Positions 28,450 through 37,780 of a stretch of 64,000 nucleotides of DNA are shown here, in pieces (the stretch's first letter is position 1; each line of letters opens with the position of its first letter). The stretch is from Phycisphaerales bacterium (lineage in GTDB: Bacteria > Planctomycetota > Phycisphaerae > Phycisphaerales > UBA1924). The translations under genes and the position numbers were made by a program. The stretch covers positions 1,888,001-1,952,000 of the forward strand of contig OZ245777.1 of the NCBI GenBank assembly GCA_965227775.1, in the 5' to 3' direction. The notes under the pieces are model-generated. The model had not been told where the DNA came from. It saw only the letters and a program-made list of their open reading frames with translations, and ran no database searches.

Positions 28450-29499
28450 ATGGCGGGCGAGTTGGTTGTTGTTGCGGGCGGGGGCGGATTCATCGGCGGC
28501 CACCTGGCGGCGGACCTGATGCGTCAGGGTTTCCGAGTGCGTTCGGTCGATCGGAAGCCGCTGGACCAGTGGTACCAGGTCCACAACGACGCCGAGAACC
28601 TCGTGGCCGACCTCAACGGCATCGATGCCTGCCATCAGGCGTGCCAGGGGGCCGACCAGGTCTACCAGCTCGCCGCAGACATGGGCGGCATGGGTTTCAT
28701 CGAGACCCACAAGGCCGAGTGCATGCTCAGCGTGCTCATCAACACCCACATGCTGATGGCCGCCCGCGATGCGGGGGTCAAGAAGTTCTTTTACAGCTCC
28801 TCGGCGTGCGTCTACAACGGCGACAAGCAGGTTGACGAGGACGTGGTCGCGCTCAAGGAAGAGGACGCCTATCCCGCGCTGCCCGAGGACGGCTACGGAT
28901 GGGAGAAGCTCTTCAGCGAGCGCATGTGCCGCCACTTCCGCGAGGACTACGGCATCTATACCCGCGTGGCCCGCTATCACAACGTGTACGGCCCCTTCGG
29001 CACCTGGGAGGGCGGTCGCGAGAAGGCGCCCGCCGCCATGTGCCGCAAGGTCATCGAGGCCAAGCTCAGCGGCGACCACAGCATCGAGATCTGGGGCGAC
29101 GGCAAGCAAACCCGTTCCTTCATGTACATCGATGACTGCGTGCAAGGCAGCCAGAAGATCATGCACGGCAAGAGCATCGAGCCGCTGAACCTGGGCAGCA
29201 ACGAGCTGGTGACCATCAACGGTCTGGTCGACATCGTCGAGGACATCGCCGGTATCAAACTCGACCGAAAGTACAATCTCGATGCGCCCAAGGGCGTCAA
29301 CGGACGCAACAGTGATAACGACCTGATCGAGCGTGAGATCGGCTGGTCCCCCTCCATCCGCCTGCGGGACGGCATGGAGAAGACGTACAACTGGATCTAC
29401 GAAGAGCACATGAAGAAGTACAACGGCAAGGTGCCCCAACGCGAGGCCGCCCCGAAGGGCGCCCACGTGGGCAAGCAAGAGGCCGGCGCTGCCGGGTGA
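28450..29499 (+). CDS. GDP-mannose 3',5'-epimerase-like NAD-dependent epimerase
   Basis: GGGGFIG, LAADMGGMGFI, SSACVY, YGWEKL, HNVYGPFGTWEGGREKAPAA.CRK, WGDG.QTRSF and GVNGRNSDN, all characteristic of GME. Confidence 0.88.
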   Translation: MAGELVVVAGGGGFIGGHLAADLMRQGFRVRSVDRKPLDQWYQVHNDAENLVADLNGIDACHQACQGADQVYQLAADMGGMGFIETHKAECMLSVLINTHMLMAARDAGVKKFFYSSSACVYNGDKQVDEDVVALKEEDAYPALPEDGYGWEKLFSERMCRHFREDYGIYTRVARYHNVYGPFGTWEGGREKAPAAMCRKVIEAKLSGDHSIEIWGDGKQTRSFMYIDDCVQGSQKIMHGKSIEPLNLGSNELVTINGLVDIVEDIAGIKLDRKYNLDAPKGVNGRNSDNDLIEREIGWSPSIRLRDGMEKTYNWIYEEHMKKYNGKVPQREAAPKGAHVGKQEAGAAG

Positions 29500-29528
29500 A
29501 ATCCGCAAGGGGCGAGGAGGGAGTCGGC

Positions 29529-30590
29529 ATGAGCATGCGAACCATGTCCATACTCGCGGCCATGTCGGTCTTTACGATCGGTGCGCCGCTCGCCGTTGCT
29601 CAAGACCAGGCGCAGCGGGCGCCCACGACACCGGCACAGGACCTCCACCCTGACGCGATGGCGGTCGCCGAACGAGTGGTTGGAGCGCTGGGCGGCGGCG
29701 ATCGCGTTGCCGCGATCGAGACGCTCCGTGTCGTCACGCACGATGTCGAAACGCCCAGCCTGAAGTACGAGCATCACTGGTCGCGTGATGGCGGCTGGGC
29801 GTTCAAGGTGCTCCAGGAGGAGTATCCGCCGCAGGTCACGGCGTCGTCCGGTGGCCTCGCATGGCGACAGAACGCCTTTGACGAAGAACCCATGCTGATC
29901 GGCGTGGACCAAGCAATTTCGGCGCGTCGCTCGGTCGACTTCCACGTGAGGCTCTTCACGCTGCCGTCGCATGCCCGTGAGCACTTTGCTTCCTTCACGG
30001 TGGGCGAGCCGACCGAGTTCAACAACGCAAGCGTCGTCGTGCTGCGGTACGAAGAGAAGGACGGTGATTCGTCTGGCGTCATCTACGTCAACGCCGACAC
30101 AATGGTGCCCCAGGGCTGGCAACGCTTCTGGCCCAAGCACGGCGGCGGCCGGCACACGGTGCTCCAAATCTTCCACGAATGGGAGCCGGCCGAGGGCGTG
30201 CAGTTCCTCCGAAAGTGGACCACCCAGTCGGACATGTTCGGCATGGAATCACCGGTGACCGTCGTCCAGACGCTCGAAGTCAATGAACTGACGGCGGCCG
30301 ATTTCGAGCCGCCCGCCGCCCTCAAGGAGCAGGCACGCCGCGCTGCAGCGGCGGCCGAAGCCGAAGGCAATGGGCCCATCGCCCTCGACGACCTCGACGA
30401 GGATTCACGCGAGCAGGCGACGGCGATGCTGGACCAACTCCGGCCGCTCGACGCCGACACCAAGCGGGAAACGCTCGAAGAGGGCCAGTCGATGCTCGCG
30501 CAGGTCGACGATCCCCAGCAGCGGCTGATGATTCGCTACGTCCTCCAAGAACTGAAGGCCATGCTGGAGGCCGACGACGGCTCCAGCTGA
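29529..30590 (+). CDS. secreted hypothetical protein, LolA-like fold suspected; paralogue of 30679-31743
   Basis: Signal peptide (AVA), V.ALGG.DR..AIETL, WSRDGG, EGVQF and LEVN.L...DFEPP. Confidence 0.7.
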   Translation: MSMRTMSILAAMSVFTIGAPLAVAQDQAQRAPTTPAQDLHPDAMAVAERVVGALGGGDRVAAIETLRVVTHDVETPSLKYEHHWSRDGGWAFKVLQEEYPPQVTASSGGLAWRQNAFDEEPMLIGVDQAISARRSVDFHVRLFTLPSHAREHFASFTVGEPTEFNNASVVVLRYEEKDGDSSGVIYVNADTMVPQGWQRFWPKHGGGRHTVLQIFHEWEPAEGVQFLRKWTTQSDMFGMESPVTVVQTLEVNELTAADFEPPAALKEQARRAAAAAEAEGNGPIALDDLDEDSREQATAMLDQLRPLDADTKRETLEEGQSMLAQVDDPQQRLMIRYVLQELKAMLEADDGSS

Positions 30591-30678
30591 CGATGACCAG
30601 GTCTTGCGACCGTGTGCATCTGGCATCCATCGCTGTTCATGCGGCGATCCACCACTGAGATCCGAAAGGGAGAATCCC

Positions 30679-31743
30679 ATGAAACGCCTCAACCCCACTT
30701 CACTAGCCCTGTGCATCGTCTTGGCTGCCGGCGCTCCGGCCCTCGCCCAGAACGACGGCAACAGCAACGGACAGACGGCGCCCGCCGTCCCGCAGGACAG
30801 CAACCTGCCCAGCATCGACAAGATCTTCGCCGATGCCGTCGAATCGGTCGGCGGTCGCGAGAAGATCGATGAGATCAAGACCCTGCACACCGTCATGACC
30901 ATGAGCGTTATGGGCTCGGAGATCACGACGGTCAACAAGTGGTCGCGCGATGGCGGCCGATTCAACTCCAGCACTAGTCCGTTCGGTGATTCCGAGATGG
31001 GCAGCGACGGCAAGGTCGCCTGGATGAAGATGGACACCGACCGCTACGTCCTGATGGAAGAGGTCCAGGCCAAGCAGCTCGACGGGCAGGCGTCCATGCA
31101 CATGAACCTGCTCGACCCCAACCGCATGCGCGAGGAGATGGAGAGCCTTGAGGTCGTCGGCCAAGAGCAATTCGGCGAGAAGACCGGGTACAAGATCCGC
31201 TTCGAGCCCAAGGATGACCAGGGCGGCGGCTTCATCTACTTCGACGTACGCGACGGTCGCCCCCTGGGCATGACCCAGACCAGCGACACGCCCATGGGCA
31301 AGCAGACCACCACGATCACCCTATCTGACTGGAAGACCATCGAGGGCGTGCAGTTCTTCCACAAGATGACCATCGCCTCGCCGGCGATGCCGGGCGGCTC
31401 GGTCGAGATGAACGTCTCCAAGCTCGAGGTCAACGCCCTGGCGGACGACGCCTTCGAGTTGCCCGAGCAGGTCAAGGAACTTGCCGCCAACGAAGATGCC
31501 GAGGAAGGCAACGGCAACGACGACGGCGGCTCGGCCGACGCGAGCAACGAGATCAAGCTCGAAGACTTGGCCGAAGCGCACCAGGAGCGTGCCAAGCTCA
31601 TGGTCCAGCAGATGCAGGCCAACGGCAAGGCGGCCGTCGACCGCATGCTCCCCCGTCTCGAGCAGACGCTGGCGACCATGGCCGAGGGTGACGACAAGCT
31701 GACCATGCAGTACGTCATCCAGGAACTCAAGAAGACCAAGTAA
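30679..31743 (+). CDS. secreted hypothetical protein, LolA-like/outer-membrane lipoprotein-sorting-like
   Basis: AAAGGGAG RBS, signal peptide (ALA), VESVGGREKI.EIKTL, GSDGKVAW, YFD..DG, SDWKTIEGVQF.HK and LEVNAL.DDAFELP. Confidence 0.75.
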   Translation: MKRLNPTSLALCIVLAAGAPALAQNDGNSNGQTAPAVPQDSNLPSIDKIFADAVESVGGREKIDEIKTLHTVMTMSVMGSEITTVNKWSRDGGRFNSSTSPFGDSEMGSDGKVAWMKMDTDRYVLMEEVQAKQLDGQASMHMNLLDPNRMREEMESLEVVGQEQFGEKTGYKIRFEPKDDQGGGFIYFDVRDGRPLGMTQTSDTPMGKQTTTITLSDWKTIEGVQFFHKMTIASPAMPGGSVEMNVSKLEVNALADDAFELPEQVKELAANEDAEEGNGNDDGGSADASNEIKLEDLAEAHQERAKLMVQQMQANGKAAVDRMLPRLEQTLATMAEGDDKLTMQYVIQELKKTK

Positions 31744-31781
31744 GGCCCCCGGGTTCGATTCTGGTCAGACGGCATCGACCT

Positions 31782-31808
31782 TCACCCGGGCCGCTCGCTG
31801 GCCGATAT
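31782..31808 (+). promoter_or_regulatory. possible sigma-28-like promoter
   Basis: TCAC-N15-GCCGATAT ends 10 nt before the ATG of the glycosyltransferase operon; compare the FliA consensus TAAA-N15-GCCGATAA. Confidence 0.3.
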
Positions 31809-31818
31809 ACGATCCGCG

Positions 31819-33111
31819 ATGGCAGGGCCCGAAGAACACGAAAAGCCGACGTTATTGGTCCTGAGCCAGGTCTACGTGCCCGACCCGGCCAGCGTGGGCC
31901 AGCACATGCACGACGCTGCGGCAGAGCTCGTATCCCGAGGGCTGGATGTCCGCGTGCTCGCCTCGAGCCGCGGATACGACGATCCGACCAAGAAGTACGA
32001 CGTCCGAGAAGTCCGAGATGGCGTTGCCATCCGTCGGTTGCCGCTCTCGAGCTTCGGCAAGGCTTCGATCCCCGTGAGGCTACTTGCGGCGGCTTTGTTC
32101 ATGATCCAGTGCGTCTGGCACGGCCTGACGACGCGCCGGCTGGGCGGCATCCTGGTCAGCACTTCTCCGCCGATGGCAGCCATGGCAGCTCTGGTCATCG
32201 CCTCGCTCCGTCGCGTCCCCATCACGTATTGGGTGATGGACCTCAACCCCGACCAAATGATCGAACTCGGCAAGCTGCGGCCGGGTAGTGTGCCGGTGAG
32301 GCTCTACGACGCGTTCAACCGGAGCATCCTGAGGCGTGCCAAGCGGGTCGTGGCCATGGATCGCTTCATGGCCGAGCGACTGCAGAGGAAGACCGACGTC
32401 TCGCACAAGCTCTCCGTGATGCCGCCTTGGCCCCACGAGGATGCGCTCGAGTCGGTGCCGCACGAGCAGAATCCGTTCCGAGAAGAGCACGGGCTCGCGG
32501 GCAAGTTTGTCGTCATGTACTCGGGAAACCATGGCTTCTCGACGCCCATCTCGACGGTGTTGCAGGCGGCGCTCCGGATGCAGGACCGAGATGACATCGT
32601 GTTCATGTTCATTGGTGGCGGCGTTGGCAAGCGAGAGGTTGACGCCGCGATCGCCGAGCACCGACCGAGCAACATCATCTCCTTGCCGTACCAGCCGATG
32701 GCGCGGCTGCGGTATTCGCTCTCAGCTGCCGATGTGCACTTGGTCAGCGTGGGTGATGCGGTTGTTGGCGTGGTGCATCCCTGCAAGGTGTATGGGGCCA
32801 TGGCGGTAGGGCGGCCGGTACTGCTGCTCGGTCCAGAGCCCTGCCACGTCTCGGAGCTGCTCCGCGAGCACTCGATCGGTTGGCAGATCTCGCATGGCGA
32901 TGTTGATGCGGCGATCAAGACAATCGAGGAAATGGCCGCGACTCCGAAGGAACAGATGCGCGACAAGGGCCACAGAGCGATGACGCTGATCAGCGATAAG
33001 TACTCGAAACAGAAGCTTTGCGGAGACTTCTGCGACGTGGTGATGGATGCCATGCGAGGGCCCGAGCCGCAAACCGTGCCAGCAAGAGCTGTGGAAGAGG
33101 GCGCCCAGTGA
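31819..33111 (+). CDS. glycosyltransferase family 4 (WbuB/WcaI-like)
   Basis: SQVYVPD, STSPP, WVMDLNPD, VMYSGNHG, PYQP and HPCKVYGAMAVGRPV. Confidence 0.9.
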   Translation: MAGPEEHEKPTLLVLSQVYVPDPASVGQHMHDAAAELVSRGLDVRVLASSRGYDDPTKKYDVREVRDGVAIRRLPLSSFGKASIPVRLLAAALFMIQCVWHGLTTRRLGGILVSTSPPMAAMAALVIASLRRVPITYWVMDLNPDQMIELGKLRPGSVPVRLYDAFNRSILRRAKRVVAMDRFMAERLQRKTDVSHKLSVMPPWPHEDALESVPHEQNPFREEHGLAGKFVVMYSGNHGFSTPISTVLQAALRMQDRDDIVFMFIGGGVGKREVDAAIAEHRPSNIISLPYQPMARLRYSLSAADVHLVSVGDAVVGVVHPCKVYGAMAVGRPVLLLGPEPCHVSELLREHSIGWQISHGDVDAAIKTIEEMAATPKEQMRDKGHRAMTLISDKYSKQKLCGDFCDVVMDAMRGPEPQTVPARAVEEGAQ

Positions 33112-33968
33112 GTACGCAGACCCAGACCGCCCAGACGCCAACTCCGGACGTAAAGCAGCCCGAGCCTTGGGAGCTGCCGGTCCCCGGGCGCCCGCTGCGC
33201 AAGTACGTCTTCATCCAGGACGACCCCTTTTACCTGCCCAAGGTGCTCGACAAGTACCTGCGCGAGCACGCGGGCACGACCGCGGGCATCAACGTGCAAA
33301 GCGTGCAGCAGGGCAAGCGAACGGTGTTCCAGACGGCGCTGGACCTCTACAAGCTCTACGGCTTCCGCTACTTCCAGTGGAAGCTGCGCAACTACGCGTG
33401 GCGCAAGCTGCGGGCGAAGCTGCCCGGCGGTGCGAGCCAGCTCAGCGTGGCCTCGGTCGCACGCAAGTACGGCGTGCCTGTGCACGGTTCGAGCGACGTC
33501 AACAGCGAGGCGTTCCGGCAGATGCTTCGCGACGAGGGCGTCGAGTTCATCGTGTCGATCAGCGGCACGCAGCTCTATCGCAAGGCGCTACGCAACCAGA
33601 CCTCCTACGGCATCGTCAACTGCCACGGCGCGCTGCTGCCAAAGTATCGTGGCCTGATGCCGAGCTTCTGGACGCTCGCAAATGGCGAGAAGGAAGGAGG
33701 CGTCAGCGTGCATTACGTCGACGCCAAGCTCGACAACGGGCCGATCATCACGCAGAAGCGATACACCATCCACGCGCACGACACGCTCGAAGATATCATG
33801 GCTCGCGGGAAGGACCTTGCCGCCGAGGCCATTCTCGACGCCGTGCACGCGGTGGAGTTTGGTCCTCGGGAACTGCTGCCCAACCCAGAGTCCGAGATGA
33901 CCCACTTCTCGATGCCGACGCGCGAGGACGTCCGCCGGCTCCGGACCCACGGACACAGCCTTTCCTAG
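33108..33968 (+). CDS. formyltransferase family protein (sugar N-formyltransferase-like)
   Basis: GTGA overlap with the upstream gene. Formyltransferase signature VNCHGALLPKYRG, plus GVSVHYVD.KLDNGPIITQ. Confidence 0.88.
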   Translation: MSTQTQTAQTPTPDVKQPEPWELPVPGRPLRKYVFIQDDPFYLPKVLDKYLREHAGTTAGINVQSVQQGKRTVFQTALDLYKLYGFRYFQWKLRNYAWRKLRAKLPGGASQLSVASVARKYGVPVHGSSDVNSEAFRQMLRDEGVEFIVSISGTQLYRKALRNQTSYGIVNCHGALLPKYRGLMPSFWTLANGEKEGGVSVHYVDAKLDNGPIITQKRYTIHAHDTLEDIMARGKDLAAEAILDAVHAVEFGPRELLPNPESEMTHFSMPTREDVRRLRTHGHSLS

Positions 33969-33979
33969 CTCATGCTTCA

Positions 33980-34948
33980 ATGGTGACGACAAACACCAAT
34001 CCCGTGGCTCCGACTGGCACCGCCGCCGATGGTGTGCGCCACGTTTTGTCATTCGACATCGAGGACTGGTTCCACATTGTCGATATCCCCGCTGTCGACG
34101 ATCCCGCGCAGTGGCCCGAGCTCAGTCGCCAGTCTTCGCTTGTCGAACGCTACACGGATCTGATCCTCGAACTCTGCCAGAAGCATCGCACGCGTGCCAC
34201 GTTCTTTGTGCTCGGCTGGATCGCCGAGCGGCACCCCGAGCTGGTTGCGCGCATCGCTCAGGCTGGCCACGAGCTTGCGACACACTCGTTCTGGCATCGA
34301 CGCGTGTACACGCTGACGCCTGAGGAGTTCCTCGAGGATCTCCGCTCGTCCATCGATGCCATCAAAGCGGCAGCACCCGGCGCCAGCATTCGTGGCTTCC
34401 GGGCGCCGTCGTTCTCAATCACGCCGGGCTCGGAGTGGGCGTTCGACACGATCCTTGAAGCGGGCCTTGCGTACGACGCATCGCTCTTTCCCGGGCCGCG
34501 CGGCCACGGAGGCTACGAGTGCCCCCGCGGCCCGCACGTCATCGAGACGCCCAAGGGGCGCCAGCTCGCCGAGCTTCCCATGAGCGTGTCTCCGATTGGC
34601 TTCGGGCCGGTCCGCCACCGCATGTGCTACAGCGGTGGGGGATACCTCCGACTGCTTCCAGCGTCGATGATCAGGCAAGGCATCGAACGTGAGGCCAGTG
34701 CCGGCCGCGGCACGGTCGTCTACCTCCATCCGCGAGACTTCGCACCAGATTGTCCGCGTGTATCGATGCCGCCGGCCCGCCGATTCAAGTGCTATGTTGG
34801 TCTCTCTTCAACCAAGGAAAAGCTGGAGCGACTGCTCGTACAGTACGAGTGGATTTCGTGCGAAGAAGCACTCGCCAGCTACTTGGGCGAGTCCAAGCCG
34901 GCCGACCCGGCACCGCGTCGCCGTGCAGCTCAGGAGGCAGCCCGATGA
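33980..34948 (+). CDS. polysaccharide deacetylase (XrtA/PEP-CTERM-system type, DUF3473-like C-terminus)
   Basis: LSFDIEDWF, ATFFVLGWIAE..P, GHELATHS..H, GFRAPSFSI, YDASLFP, GGGYLRL.P and YLHP.D. Confidence 0.92.
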   Translation: MVTTNTNPVAPTGTAADGVRHVLSFDIEDWFHIVDIPAVDDPAQWPELSRQSSLVERYTDLILELCQKHRTRATFFVLGWIAERHPELVARIAQAGHELATHSFWHRRVYTLTPEEFLEDLRSSIDAIKAAAPGASIRGFRAPSFSITPGSEWAFDTILEAGLAYDASLFPGPRGHGGYECPRGPHVIETPKGRQLAELPMSVSPIGFGPVRHRMCYSGGGYLRLLPASMIRQGIEREASAGRGTVVYLHPRDFAPDCPRVSMPPARRFKCYVGLSSTKEKLERLLVQYEWISCEEALASYLGESKPADPAPRRRAAQEAAR

Positions 34949-36009
34949 GCAACGCTCCGACCGCTGCAGCACTGAGGCCACCGACCGATGAGACACATCG
35001 GTGGGCTGGCGATGCAGTCGCCGAAGCGCCGCACGATGATCTCGCCGCTGCTCGCTTGCAGATCGAAGAGCTCGAAGACCTGCCCGGCTACCCGGCAAAG
35101 CGGTCGGCCTCCGTATGCGCGTTGGTTCCCGTGAAGAACGAGCAATCGAACATCATCGAGTGCCTTCGCCGCCTGCAATGGTGCGATCAGGTCACCGTGA
35201 TCGATAGCCAGTCGACCGACGACACCATCGCGATCGCCCAGGCGATGGATGCAGAGGTCTACCAGTTCTGCTACGACCGCGCGTCGGGCTGGCCGAAGAA
35301 GAAGAACTGGGCCCTCGGGCACGTGCCATGGAAGCACGAGTGGGTCCTCATCGTCGATGCCGACGAGCACATCACGCCCGAACTCGCAAACGAGATCGCG
35401 GGCGTCGTCGAGCGCGCCCAGGAGCCCGGCGCTGGTGGCAACGATGGCTACTGGATCAGCCGCCGATACATGTTCCTGGGTCGGTGGCTGAAGTATGGCG
35501 GGTGGTACCCGAGCTGGAACCTCCGCCTGTTCCGCCACGCCATCGGGCGATACGAGCGCATTGGCACGCTCGGCGATACGGGCTCGGGCGATAACGAGGT
35601 CCACGAGCACCCGGTCCTGCTCACCGGCCAGGTCGGCTACCTCAAGCACGACATGGAGCACTACGCGTACCCCAATCTCTCGGTCTGGATCGAGAAGCAC
35701 AACCGCTACACGACATGGGAAGCCCACGCTCTGGAGACCAAGGACGGGGGCGAAGTAAAGCCCAAGCTGTTCGGAGGCTCCATCGAGCGGCGACGTTGGA
35801 TCAAGAAGCACACGCGGAACCTGCCGGCAAGGCCACTCTTGCGGTTCTGCTTCGACTACGTCATCCGCCGCGGCATCTTCGATGGATATCCGGGGTTCGT
35901 CATGGCCGTCAACATGGCGTGGTACGAGTTCATGTCAAACGCCAAGCACCACGAGATGAAGATCGCGAAGCGTTTGGGCAAACGGTATAGCGGGGATCCA
36001 CCGGCATGA
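34945..36009 (+). CDS. glycosyltransferase family 2
   Basis: VPVKNEQ.NI, DSQSTDDT, KKNWAL, WVLIVDADE, LRLFR, VHEH and KHNRYTTWEA. Confidence 0.92.
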   Translation: MSNAPTAAALRPPTDETHRWAGDAVAEAPHDDLAAARLQIEELEDLPGYPAKRSASVCALVPVKNEQSNIIECLRRLQWCDQVTVIDSQSTDDTIAIAQAMDAEVYQFCYDRASGWPKKKNWALGHVPWKHEWVLIVDADEHITPELANEIAGVVERAQEPGAGGNDGYWISRRYMFLGRWLKYGGWYPSWNLRLFRHAIGRYERIGTLGDTGSGDNEVHEHPVLLTGQVGYLKHDMEHYAYPNLSVWIEKHNRYTTWEAHALETKDGGEVKPKLFGGSIERRRWIKKHTRNLPARPLLRFCFDYVIRRGIFDGYPGFVMAVNMAWYEFMSNAKHHEMKIAKRLGKRYSGDPPA

Positions 36010-36596
36010 GCGAGCAATCACCCTCTATGCGCGCCCGGGATTATGTTGATCCTGGCGCAGATCTCAGCAACCGCGCCAAGAGCCCCTACTCGCTGCGGGC
36101 CAAGGTTGCCCGTGTGCTCTGGGGGCTCGTCCAAGGCACCGCCTTCCGGGGCTCGTTTCACAACTGGTACCGCCTTCGCCGATGGATGCTCACGTGCTTC
36201 GGTGCCAACCTGCACCCGACGGTGCGTATCCGCCGCACGGCCCATATCGAGAGCCCGTGGAATCTGACCATGGACGCCGAGAGTTCGGCCGGAGACCATG
36301 CGATCCTGTACTGCCTGGGCCCGGTGACCATCGGCAAGCGCGTCATGATCAGCCAGAACGCGCACATCTGCGCCGGCTCTCACGACTACTCGCTGCGCGC
36401 CATGCCGCTGCTGCGCCCGCCCATCATCATCGAAGATGACGTGTGGATCGCGGCCGATGCGTTCGTTGGCCCAGCCGTACGGGTGGGCGAAGGGGCCATC
36501 CTCGGGGCCCGGGGCTGCGCGATGACGGACCTCGAGCCATGGACCATCTACGCCGGCAACCCGGTCCAGAAGGTCAAGGAAAGGGCTCGGCTTTGA
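36006..36596 (+). CDS. wcaF: WcaF-like exopolysaccharide O-acetyltransferase (hexapeptide repeat)
   Basis: RRWML..FGA, PWNL, ISQNAHICAGSHDY, PI.IEDDVWIAADAFVGP and YAGNP. Confidence 0.85.
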   Translation: MSEQSPSMRARDYVDPGADLSNRAKSPYSLRAKVARVLWGLVQGTAFRGSFHNWYRLRRWMLTCFGANLHPTVRIRRTAHIESPWNLTMDAESSAGDHAILYCLGPVTIGKRVMISQNAHICAGSHDYSLRAMPLLRPPIIIEDDVWIAADAFVGPAVRVGEGAILGARGCAMTDLEPWTIYAGNPVQKVKERARL

Positions 36597-37780
36597 GCCC
36601 ACTTCGGATCATGCACCTCGCAGGAACGCTTGATCCGGCTGCGGGCGGTCCTCCGGTCGTTGCTGCACGGCTCGCGGCGGCCCAGGCCAGCTTGGGTCAC
36701 GAGGTCGTCATCGCCGCGTACCGCGGGGACGGCGAAAGCACGGACCGAGCCCAGGGCCTGCTCGACGAAACACCAAACGGCGAACTCGTCAAGGTCATCT
36801 GGCTTCCGCAGCCGTCGAAGGTCGAGCGCGTGACCGGCAAGGGTGGCGCTAGTCGGCTCGATGCCGAGTTTGCCCACGGCGTCGACGTCATCCATTGCCA
36901 CGGCATGTGGGATCCCTTGTTCGCTGCCACAGCGCGTGTGGCGAAACGCCGGAGCATCCCATTCGTTGTGATGCCCCACGGCATGCTTGATCCCTACACC
37001 TACTCGATCCGCAAGCGAAAGAAGCAACTTGCAATCGCAACCACGCACCGCACCTACGTCCAGCACGCGATGTTCTACCACATGCTGAACGCTGACGAGG
37101 CTGAGCTCGCACGTCCGGTGATCGGCGACCACCCCGTTCGCGTCATTCCGAACGGAATCTTTCTCGACGAGATCGACACGGCTCCGCCCGCAGGTGCATT
37201 TCGCGCGGAGCGTCCCGAGCTTGGCAACGAGCCGTACGTCCTCTTCCTGGGCAGACTCACGCACAAGAAGGGGCTCGACATCCTCGCGCCCGCTTTTGAG
37301 ATCGTCGCGAGAGCAGCGCCAAACGTGCGACTGGTCGTTGCCGGGCCAGACGACGGCATGCAAGCACCCTTCGAGGCGGAGATCCAGAAAGCAGGACTGG
37401 TGGATCGCGTGCATGTCGTCGGCCCGATCTATGGGGCCAGCAAGTACGCGGCCGTGCGAGACGCGGCGGTCTTCTGCCTGCCCAGCCGTCAGGAAGGCTT
37501 TTCGATCGCCATAACTGAGGCACTTGCGTTGGGCGTACCTGTGGTCATCACGCGTGACTGCCACTTCCCGGAAGTCACCGAGGTCGGCGCTGGCATCGAG
37601 ACCAGTCTCTCTGTCGATGACGTTGCTGCGGGCTTGCTTCGCGTGCTGCAAGATCCGCACACCGCCAGCGAAATGGGCAAGGCCGGAGCCACACTGGTGC
37701 GTGAGCGATTCACCTGGCCCGAAGTGGCCCGCCAGACACTCGACGCTTACGAGGACGGCCTCAAGCGAGCGGCCAAGTGA
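36593..37780 (+). CDS. glycosyltransferase family 4
   Basis: GGPP, HCHGMW, MPHGML, VIPNGI, FLGRLTHKKGLD and GT-B EX7E motif PSRQEGFSIAITEALALG. Start is TTG 36593 or ATG 36611. Confidence 0.92.
   Translation: MSPLRIMHLAGTLDPAAGGPPVVAARLAAAQASLGHEVVIAAYRGDGESTDRAQGLLDETPNGELVKVIWLPQPSKVERVTGKGGASRLDAEFAHGVDVIHCHGMWDPLFAATARVAKRRSIPFVVMPHGMLDPYTYSIRKRKKQLAIATTHRTYVQHAMFYHMLNADEAELARPVIGDHPVRVIPNGIFLDEIDTAPPAGAFRAERPELGNEPYVLFLGRLTHKKGLDILAPAFEIVARAAPNVRLVVAGPDDGMQAPFEAEIQKAGLVDRVHVVGPIYGASKYAAVRDAAVFCLPSRQEGFSIAITEALALGVPVVITRDCHFPEVTEVGAGIETSLSVDDVAAGLLRVLQDPHTASEMGKAGATLVRERFTWPEVARQTLDAYEDGLKRAAK

Noticed and set aside
31748..31770. GGGTTCGATTC resembling a tRNA T-loop or att site (also GAGTTCGATCC near 13181)
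   Set aside because: No paired T-stem, cloverleaf or CCA end, and no integrase nearby.
33047..33979. Long N-terminal extensions in the ORF track (33047 deacetylase, 16880 rfbD, 17931 rfbA, 50826 HAF protein, 39795 GH56, 10294 VOC) suggesting fusions or overlapping genes
   Set aside because: The extensions overlap other real genes and are low-complexity. Downstream starts with an RBS or stop/start coupling fit better.
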